DNA from: an uncultured Gammaproteobacteria bacterium
GTDB taxonomy: Bacteria; Patescibacteriota; Patescibacteriia; VMEV01; CAYQCH01
Assembly: GCA_964503955.1 (NCBI GenBank)
Contig: CAZDCG010000002.1
Location: 77,047 to 141,046 of the forward strand
Direction of reading: 5' to 3'
Length of the DNA: 64,000 bases
Part shown: in pieces, positions 57,395 to 64,000 of the stretch
Layout of the letters: each line of letters starts with the position of its first letter
Numbering within the stretch: position 1 is the stretch's first letter
Translations under genes and position numbers: made by a program
The notes under the pieces: generated by a model
The model's database searches: none
What the model was told of the DNA's origin: nothing
Seen by the model: the letters and a program-made list of their open reading frames with translations, nothing else

Positions 57395-58534
57395 ATGAAA
57401 AGAATCTACCTAGACCATGCAGCAGCAACTCCATTAGACCCTCTCGTCAAAGAGGCAATGCTGCCGTGGCTGGGCGAGGCATTTGGCAATCCGTCTTCCT
57501 TGCATCAGGAGGGGAAGGAGGCGCGCAATGCGGTTGAGCAGGCTCGTAAGACAATCGCGTCTCTCATCGGCGCTCAGGCATCTGAAATTGTCTTCACCGG
57601 TTCAGGAACGGAAAGCTGCAATCTGGCTATTCTTGGCGCGGCCGCCGCTCAACCTGAAAAGAAGCATGTCATTACGGCAAAAACTGAGCATCATGCCGTG
57701 CTTGAGCCCGTGAATATCCTTAAAGCGCGGGGATATGAAATCAGCTATGTCCCTGTTGACGACGAAGGCATGGTCAAGCCGCAGGACGTGGCGGCGCTTG
57801 TGCGTCCCGATACCTTGCTTGTCAGTCTGATGTTTGCCAACAATGAAGTCGGAACCATCCTGCCAATCAAAGAAATTACCCGCGCGGTAAAACAGGTGAA
57901 TCCTTCTGTGCTTGTGCATACGGATGCATGCCAGGCGGCAGGGTTGATTGAACTGCATGTACAAAAACTCGGTATTGATTTGCTTACGATCAATGCGGCC
58001 AAGCTCTATGGGCCAAAGGGGGCCGCGGCACTGTATGTGAAAAAGGGGACGGTTCTTTCGCCGCTGACTGCCGGAGGAAAACAGGAATCCGATTTGAGGG
58101 CCGGCACGGAGAATGTTGCGGCGATCGCGGGATTTGCAAAAGCATTTCAAATCGCTGAAGCACGCCGTGAAGAAGAGGCTGTTCGCCTGGCATCGCTGAG
58201 AGATGAGATGATGAACAAGCTTCTTGAAATCAAAGGAACCAAGTTGAATGGATCTCGAGTGCATCGTCTTGCCAATAACGTAAATATTTCCTTTGAAGAT
58301 CTTGAAGGAGAGGTGCTCGTTGTTTACCTCGATCAGAAAGGAATCGCCTGCTCAACAAGCGCCGCCTGCACAACCGGACAGGCGGAACCTTCCCATGTAC
58401 TTTTGGCGATGGGCAAAAGCAAAGCCTTGGCAAAAGGCGCTTTGCGGTTTACGCTGGGGCGGTCAACCACGCTTGATGATATTCATGAGACCATTGCCGC
58501 TCTTAAGGAGATAACCGCCCTGTTGCGCAAATGA
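57395..58534 (+). CDS. iscS: Cysteine desulfurase, IscS/NifS type
   Basis: Motifs IYLD.AA.TP, GNPSS.H, EHHAV, NNEVG, HTDA.Q, K.YGPKG, RAGTEN and S..AC. Confidence 0.9.
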   Translation: MKRIYLDHAAATPLDPLVKEAMLPWLGEAFGNPSSLHQEGKEARNAVEQARKTIASLIGAQASEIVFTGSGTESCNLAILGAAAAQPEKKHVITAKTEHHAVLEPVNILKARGYEISYVPVDDEGMVKPQDVAALVRPDTLLVSLMFANNEVGTILPIKEITRAVKQVNPSVLVHTDACQAAGLIELHVQKLGIDLLTINAAKLYGPKGAAALYVKKGTVLSPLTAGGKQESDLRAGTENVAAIAGFAKAFQIAEARREEEAVRLASLRDEMMNKLLEIKGTKLNGSRVHRLANNVNISFEDLEGEVLVVYLDQKGIACSTSAACTTGQAEPSHVLLAMGKSKALAKGALRFTLGRSTTLDDIHETIAALKEITALLRK

Positions 58535-58535
58535 T

Positions 58536-59162
58536 ATGAAAGGATGTCATCACAAACACGACAATGTTGACGGCATCGTGCGAAATGAGCCATGGTACGA
58601 TCATGAGCGGGATTTTGTGAAAGTCTGCCACTGTCATGACTGCGTGGACGGCAAAGCGGATCAGATCATGGATATATTGCGCAAGCATTTTTACAAAACA
58701 GACATGCAGCTTGTGGCTTGTCCAAGTCCCGGACGCTGCCACGAGGGGAATAATGTCGTGGTCAATGATGAGATTCTGATCATTTCTGACCCGTCCAGGG
58801 TGACGGAGATGGTTGACCGCAAGCTTGCCGAGCAGGCTGAGTACCGCCGGCTGCATCCTGAAGCGAAAAGGGAAGTGGTTAAAGTTTGTTTTGGCCCGAC
58901 CTGCGGTCCGCGTTACGCCAAAGACATTGAGGCAGTGTTGAAAAAACGCTTGCGAAAGGATGTGCGGCTCATGCGCTGCGGCTGCACGGGAAATTGCTCT
59001 AAGGCGAATAATGTGGTCGTCAACGGCAATATCATCAACAGGCAATCGCCGCTGCGGGTAGTAAATAATGTGGAAATGGAATTGAGCAGGCAGCGGCGCG
59101 AGCATCTGCGTAAATCAGGGCCAATTAGCCTCGACGAAGCGGAACAATTGCTGGGATTATAA
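58536..59162 (+). CDS. Tandem thioredoxin-like [2Fe-2S] ferredoxin-domain protein
   Basis: Two repeats of VKVC-x4-C ... C..(S/C)-x-G-x-C-x3-NNVVVN, with a His-rich N-terminus. Confidence 0.75.
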   Translation: MKGCHHKHDNVDGIVRNEPWYDHERDFVKVCHCHDCVDGKADQIMDILRKHFYKTDMQLVACPSPGRCHEGNNVVVNDEILIISDPSRVTEMVDRKLAEQAEYRRLHPEAKREVVKVCFGPTCGPRYAKDIEAVLKKRLRKDVRLMRCGCTGNCSKANNVVVNGNIINRQSPLRVVNNVEMELSRQRREHLRKSGPISLDEAEQLLGL

Positions 59163-59173
59163 GTTCGAGAACT

Positions 59174-59245
59174 TCCCCCGGCCCCCTCTTTTCTAGAGGG
59201 GGAATCAAACTCCCTCCCTAGAAAAGGGAGGGCCGGGGGGGGGGC
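59174..59245. repeat. G/C-rich paired hairpin (CCCCTC...GAGGGG) REP-like repeat; relatives at 54348-54377 and 60320-60344
   Basis: CCCCCGGCCCCCTCTTTTCTAGAGGGGG ... CTCCCTCCCTAGAAAAGGGAGGGCCGGGGG. Confidence 0.65.
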
Positions 59246-59255
59246 TTCAATCATT

Positions 59256-59576
59256 ATGGTACGTCTCTACGAATTCAATGAAGTGCATGAATGCAAGACA
59301 TGCGGACTGATGATCCGTGTGACACTTGCCGCCGTGCCGATTGAACCTGTGTCCTGCTGCGGGCAGATTATGGAATTCCTGGGCATCAAAGAAACAAATG
59401 AAGAATTGGATCTCACACCGATGGAACCTCCAGAACAGGCTCTGGAACAGGTTTATGAAACAGGGCAAACTTACTGGTGTAATACTTGCGGACTTGAAGT
59501 GACGGTGATTCGCCGGGCGCAGCCGATTGAAGCGCTTGATTGCTGCGGAGAGGGCATGGAGTTATTAGAGACATGA
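59256..59576 (+). CDS. Tandem desulforedoxin-like (FeS4) domain protein
   Basis: Two repeats of C-x2-CG-x~16-CCG..M. Confidence 0.8.
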   Translation: MVRLYEFNEVHECKTCGLMIRVTLAAVPIEPVSCCGQIMEFLGIKETNEELDLTPMEPPEQALEQVYETGQTYWCNTCGLEVTVIRRAQPIEALDCCGEGMELLET

Positions 59577-59600
59577 TACTCAAACTGTTTTAGTGGGGAG

Positions 59601-59714
59601 GGGTACGAATCACAAATCTGTTACGAATCTACAAATATCCTGATAAGTCTGTTGATTAAAAAATCAACTTGTAGAATGATTCGTAAATTTGTATACGATT
59701 CGTGATTTGTACCC
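59601..59714. repeat. Periodic inverted arms, TACGAAT type (short/empty form)
   Basis: GGGTACGAATCACAAATCTGTTACGAATCTACAAAT ... ATTCGTAAATTTGTATACGATTCGTGATTTGTACCC. Confidence 0.8.
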
Positions 59715-59734
59715 TTAGTCATTAACTAACTCAT

Positions 59735-60280
59735 ATGGAAGAAGATATCTTCGTTTCAACAAATCGGCTTGTCGGCCGTCAGGCTCCGACCTGGAAAATG
59801 GAAGGAGCGCATAACGGTGAATTTCACACCTATACGCTTGAAGATTATAAAGGGAAGTGGCTGGTCATGTTCTTTTACCCGCTGGACTTCACCTTTGTCT
59901 GCCCGACAGAAATCCAGGGCTTCAGCAAAGAGTACGAAAAGTTCAAGGAGCTGAATGCCGAAGTCGTTGGTATTTCAACCGACTCTGTCCACTCACATAA
60001 GGCGTGGATTGAACGAGATTTCAAGAATAGCTTGAATATTCCTCTTCTGAGCGACATCACCAAAGATGTTTCATACGACTATGGCGTTTTGCTTGAAGAT
60101 GAAGGAATCGCGCTTCGCGGAACCTTTATCATCGATCCGGAAGGCGTGATGCGCTATCAGGTTGTGTCTGACAATAATGTCGGCCGATCTGTGAGCGAAA
60201 CCTTGCGCGTACTTAAGGCATTGCAGACTGGCAAACTCTGTCCGATTGACTGGGAAGAGGGGCAGGAGACGTTGAACTAG
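59735..60280 (+). CDS. ahpC: 2-Cys peroxiredoxin
   Basis: Motifs FYPLDFTFVCPTE, S.DS..SH.AW, RGTFIIDP, GRS..E.LR and LCP..W. Confidence 0.93.
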   Translation: MEEDIFVSTNRLVGRQAPTWKMEGAHNGEFHTYTLEDYKGKWLVMFFYPLDFTFVCPTEIQGFSKEYEKFKELNAEVVGISTDSVHSHKAWIERDFKNSLNIPLLSDITKDVSYDYGVLLEDEGIALRGTFIIDPEGVMRYQVVSDNNVGRSVSETLRVLKALQTGKLCPIDWEEGQETLN

Positions 60281-60555
60281 GTTGCCCACCCTTTGCTGCG
60301 CAGCTGTGGTGCTCGTATTTCCCCTCCCAATGCTGGGAGGGGATTTTGTTGTCGAGTTTTACGTGAATATGATTAAATAGAAATTTTAGTGATGTCATTT
60401 TCGTGAAAACAAATCTAGGACTGGGTTCTCGTCTTCGCGGAATGGCGGTGATGAGTTTTACAGCCAGCGATGAGATCCCTCCGCTCCGGTCGGGATGACG
60501 AGCTGAAAGTCTGGACGCCTTGCCTGCCGGCCGGCAGGTTTGGTAACGTCTAGGC

Positions 60556-61218
60556 ATGAACGTCCATATCGATCCAACTTGGAAGGAGCTTCTTGCCGGT
60601 GAGTTTGAAAAGCAGTATTTTCAGCAGTTGGCTGATTTTGTTCGGCAGGAATATACATCTACCATCATTTATCCGCCCCCAAAGCAAATCTTTGCGGCTT
60701 TTGATTATTGCCCATTCGACCGCGTCCGCGTGGTTATTCTCGGGCAGGATCCGTATCATGGGCCAAATCAGGCAAATGGGCTTTGTTTTTCGGTACGCGA
60801 TGAAGTCCGCATACCGCCGTCTTTGCAAAATATCTACAAGGAAATCGAAAGCGATCTTGGCGTGCCTTGTCCGCCATCCGGCAATCTTGAACGATGGGCG
60901 GAACAGGGAGTGCTTCTCTTAAACGCGACCTTGACCGTCCGGGCCGGGCAGGCGGGATCGCATCAGGGAAAAGGCTGGGAGGAGTTTACCGATGCCGCGA
61001 TCAAAAAAATCTCGGAGGAGAAGGAGCATGTTGTCTTTCTGCTTTGGGGAGCTTATGCCCAGAGAAAGGGGCAGGTGATTGACGTATCAAAGCATCTGGT
61101 GTTGAAAGCGCCGCATCCTTCGCCATTTTCAGCTGCCAGCGGATTCTTTGGCTGTAAGCATTTTTCACAAACGAATAACTATCTTGCCGAGCATGGGTTT
61201 GAGTCGATTAGGTGGTAG
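60556..61218 (+). CDS. ung: Uracil-DNA glycosylase family 1
   Basis: Motifs GQDPYH, PPSL.NI, GVLLLN, LWG and HPSP. Confidence 0.96.
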   Translation: MNVHIDPTWKELLAGEFEKQYFQQLADFVRQEYTSTIIYPPPKQIFAAFDYCPFDRVRVVILGQDPYHGPNQANGLCFSVRDEVRIPPSLQNIYKEIESDLGVPCPPSGNLERWAEQGVLLLNATLTVRAGQAGSHQGKGWEEFTDAAIKKISEEKEHVVFLLWGAYAQRKGQVIDVSKHLVLKAPHPSPFSAASGFFGCKHFSQTNNYLAEHGFESIRW

Positions 61219-61616
61219 GGGGGTAAGCGTTGCCAAACCGAGCAGACGAGTTAAACGTTGCCCAACTTTCTAAAAGAATGTTGGACGACGTTTGGGAACA
61301 TTTGGTACGTTTTCGGCCGGCAGGCCGGGGGCATCTCTTAAGATAAATACTTCTGAACAAGCCTTTCCGTGAATGATGAGATCCCTCCGCTGCGTTCATT
61401 TCGCTATCGCTTCATTCACTCCGGTCGGGATGACGAGGAGAGGGGGGGCTGTGAGTCTGACAAGTCTGTTATCTCTGGTGCGTCTCCGCGATAGCGGCTG
61501 GTTATCCACAGGTCTTGCGATAAGAACCATTTTTGACTATATTTCGCACATTTGGAAGGGGCGCGGTGCTGTGTTAAAATGCAAGCACTTTGAAGGCAGA
61601 GCTCAACCTTCTTGAG

Positions 61617-61665
61617 TCACAACATATTGTGCTATACTAACCTCGCGACCACCAATATATAGTGT
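61617..61665 (+). promoter_or_regulatory. Tandem NrdR boxes overlapping the nrdJ promoter
   Basis: TCACAACATATTGTGC (61617-61632) and CACCAATATATAGTGT (61650-61665) resemble acaCwAtATaTwGtgt. Extended -10 TGcTATACT lies between them. Confidence 0.75.
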
Positions 61666-61749
61666 CTCGGGGGAGCAAGCCAGATCGAGAAAGGACTTCC
61701 AAATCATGGATTTAGTGAAATGTCGTCCCCCGATGTGGTTTTTATTTTG

Positions 61750-61871
61750 TTCGGATGCTGAAATCGGCGCATTTCTTCGTCAGAATCTGCAGTGCTCCTC
61801 AGCGTACATTCCGGTACGCCTCGTGCGCGCTTCAATTCTTCCTTGAACTGCCTCCGATTTGAGAATCCGAA
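61750..61871 (+). ncRNA. Structured RNA/DNA element, copy 2 (homolog at 25353-25470)
   Basis: Same loop motifs as copy 1, with different but complementary stems. Confidence 0.6.
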
Positions 61872-61926
61872 TGGATGCAAACCTTTTATCTACGCTTTTA
61901 CCTCCTAAAAAGAGACAAAAAGATCT

Positions 61927-63753
61927 ATGACCGCTGCGCCTCCCAATACCTATCCAACTTCCGCCACTGATCTTGATTTACAGCCAAAGCGAAAAGAAAT
62001 TCCATTAAGCGAAACGGCGCGCGTTGTTGCTGAAAAACGTTATTTGCGAACGGATGAAAACGGAAAGGTGGTTGAAACCGTGTATGACATGTTCAAGCGC
62101 GTGGCCGACAATATCGCGTCCGGCGACAAACTCTACGGAGCCACCGACGAACAGGTCGCGCAGGTTGCGCAGGACTTTTTAGACATGCAGGTGAATTTGG
62201 AATTTCTCGCGGGCATGACCCTGCGAAATGCCGGCCGCGAGCTTCAGCAGCTTTCGGCTTGTTATGTTTTGCCCATGGAAGATTCCATGGACTCTATTTA
62301 CACCACCTTAAAGAACGCGGCGAAACTCCATAAAACCGGGGCGGGGATCGGATATGACTTTTCAAAGCTTCGTCCAAAGAACGCGGTGGTAAAAACAACC
62401 GGAGGGAAATCCTGCGGTCCGGTTGGCTTTATGAAACTGATCGAATTCTCCTGCGCGACCATCGTCAATTCCGCGGCAACGCGCCGGGCGGGGAACATGG
62501 GAATTCTGCGCATCGATCATCCTGATATCGATGAATTCTTATCCGTGAAGGAAGACAATACGCAGTTGAATAATTTCAATATTTCCGTGAATGGAACCGA
62601 CGCATTCATGAAAGCGGTCAAGGAAGGAACCACCTATGACCTGATCGAACCCAATACCGGACGCGTGGTTGAACAGCGCGACGCGCGGGCGATGTTCCGC
62701 CGCATTTGTGAAAAAGCGTGGCGTTCCGCCGAACCGGGGCTGATCTTCTTTGACCAGGTAAATCGCTTTAATCCAACCCCGCAGCTTGGTCCGATGACCG
62801 CGACCAATCAATGCGGCGAACAGCCTCTGTTCCCGTATGAAGCCTGCAATCTCGGCTCTTTGGTTCTTTCCCGCATGCTGCGCAAGCGCGCGGACGGCAC
62901 AAGTGAAATCGACTGGGAGAAAATGGAAGACCGCGTGCGCAAAGCCGTGCATTTCCTTGACAATACCATCGACCTGAACAATTACCCGCTTGAAGAGTTG
63001 CGCAAGATGAATCATGCCAACCGCCGCATCGGTCTTGGTGTGATGGGCTTTGCCGACATGCTGGTTGAGCTTGGTATTCCATTCAACTCGGAAGAAGCGG
63101 TGAAAACAGCCGAAGTGGTCATGAAGTTTATCCAGGAAAAGAGCCATGACGAAAGCCGTCGATTAGCGCGCGAACGCGGAAGCTTCCCGAACTTTAAAGG
63201 CAGCCGCTGGGAAAAGCTCGGCTATCCTGAAATGCGCAATGCGACCGTTACCACCATCGCGCCAACGGGGACGACCAGTATTTTTGCCGGCTGCTCTTCA
63301 GGCATTGAGCCGATTTTCTCGCTGGTGTATATCCGCAAGAATATTCTGGATCAGGACAAAGATTCCTTCATGGAAGTGCATCCGCTCTTTGAACAGAAAT
63401 GCAAAGAGCGCTGGATTTTCAGCCGCGAGCTGATGGAACGCGTGGCGGAACATGGATCTCTCAAAGAGGTGGACAGCATCCCTGACGATCTCAAGCGCGT
63501 CTTTGTGACTTCGCATGATATCGCACCGGAATGGCATGTAAAAATCCAGGCCGCGTTCCAGAAATATACGGACAATGCGGTATCAAAGACCGTGAATATG
63601 CCGAATGAATCAACAATTGAGGACGTAGAACGCGTCTATATGATGGCGTATGAAACCGGCTGCAAGGGCATTACGATTTACCGAGACGGAAGCAGAGATA
63701 AACAGGTACTGAATTTGGTGAAGAAAAGTGACAAAGTTGAAGTCAAGACGTAA
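61927..63753 (+). CDS. nrdJ: Adenosylcobalamin-dependent (class II) ribonucleotide reductase
   Basis: Motifs KRYL, QLSAC.V, G.GYDFS.LRP, TNQCGEQ, ACNLGS, TIAPTGT.S, SSGIEP and SKTVN. GITIYRDGSR lacks the class I YY pair. Confidence 0.9.
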   Translation: MTAAPPNTYPTSATDLDLQPKRKEIPLSETARVVAEKRYLRTDENGKVVETVYDMFKRVADNIASGDKLYGATDEQVAQVAQDFLDMQVNLEFLAGMTLRNAGRELQQLSACYVLPMEDSMDSIYTTLKNAAKLHKTGAGIGYDFSKLRPKNAVVKTTGGKSCGPVGFMKLIEFSCATIVNSAATRRAGNMGILRIDHPDIDEFLSVKEDNTQLNNFNISVNGTDAFMKAVKEGTTYDLIEPNTGRVVEQRDARAMFRRICEKAWRSAEPGLIFFDQVNRFNPTPQLGPMTATNQCGEQPLFPYEACNLGSLVLSRMLRKRADGTSEIDWEKMEDRVRKAVHFLDNTIDLNNYPLEELRKMNHANRRIGLGVMGFADMLVELGIPFNSEEAVKTAEVVMKFIQEKSHDESRRLARERGSFPNFKGSRWEKLGYPEMRNATVTTIAPTGTTSIFAGCSSGIEPIFSLVYIRKNILDQDKDSFMEVHPLFEQKCKERWIFSRELMERVAEHGSLKEVDSIPDDLKRVFVTSHDIAPEWHVKIQAAFQKYTDNAVSKTVNMPNESTIEDVERVYMMAYETGCKGITIYRDGSRDKQVLNLVKKSDKVEVKT

Positions 63754-63834
63754 CAGACACATAGACTCTCCAGACGCACAGACGGTTTCCAACAAACTCT
63801 GTGAGTCTGACAAGTCTGTAATGTCTGTGAGTCT
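63754..63834. repeat. CAGAC/GTCTG inverted arms without cargo gene, starting at the nrdJ stop
   Basis: CAGACACATAGAC..CAGACGCACAGAC ... CTGTGAGTCTGACAAGTCTGTAATGTCTGTGAGTCT. Confidence 0.8.
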
Positions 63835-63909
63835 TTCCCTATAGATCCCTAAGAGCTGCTCAATTCAAAAACAAAGATAAATCACCTAAGCTTGTCGTGA
63901 ACAAATCCT

Positions 63910-64000
63910 ATGACCGCCAAACAAATCATGTCCAAAGTCAAACCGAAACTTGCCGAACAGTCGCTGGCTGTTGCGCAGAAACGTTACATGCGTACTGACG
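63910..64000 (+). CDS. Second NrdJ-like gene (N-terminal fragment, runs off window)
   Basis: MTAKQIMSKVKPKLAEQSLAVAQKRYMRTD aligns with LSETARVVAEKRYLRTD of the upstream NrdJ. Confidence 0.7.
   Translation, partial: MTAKQIMSKVKPKLAEQSLAVAQKRYMRTD

Noticed and set aside
61502-61510. DnaA box TTATCCACA as oriC
   Set aside because: It is a single box (a near match is at 29002) with no cluster, unwinding element or dnaA. It could still be regulatory for nrdJ.
61667-61735. Cobalamin riboswitch upstream of nrdJ
   Set aside because: A hairpin TCGGGGGA/TCCCCCGA exists, but the GGGAA, GCCACUG and B12-box motifs are missing.

Overview
This is a bacterial chromosomal window, most likely from a Patescibacteria/CPR (Parcubacteria- or ABY1-like) genome. 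That call is inferred from the missing rpmD (L30) between rpsE and rplO, extended ribosomal proteins and SD-free starts. Housekeeping content includes scpB, a D,D-carboxypeptidase, tpiA/fbp/fba, tRNA-Thr(GGT), dus, cysS, prmC-prfA-rpmE, uppS, queA, rpmB, the str-S10-spc ribosomal superoperon through secY, adk/map, ruvX/recO, NDH-2, a metal ABC pair and an ECF sigma/anti-sigma pair. The last 10 kb hold uvrD, a Fur/PerR-IscS-ferredoxin-desulforedoxin-AhpC redox cluster, ung, and two tandem class II ribonucleotide reductase genes, the second truncated by the window edge. The most unusual structure is non-coding. (i) A four-helix-bundle (IVP/Avd-like) gene is enclosed by periodic inverted arms whose empty copies sit right after other stop codons, and several other arm families share this design. 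(ii) A ~120-nt RNA fold occurs twice with compensatory base changes. (iii) A tRNA is flanked by fragments of itself. (iv) Two translation-start classes coexist: T-ATG without SD for core genes, and strong-SD orphan cassettes. An OgdA/SsaD-like enzyme pair interrupts secY-adk. No CRISPR array, rRNA, transposase or integrase was seen. All family assignments come from motif recognition, not database searches.
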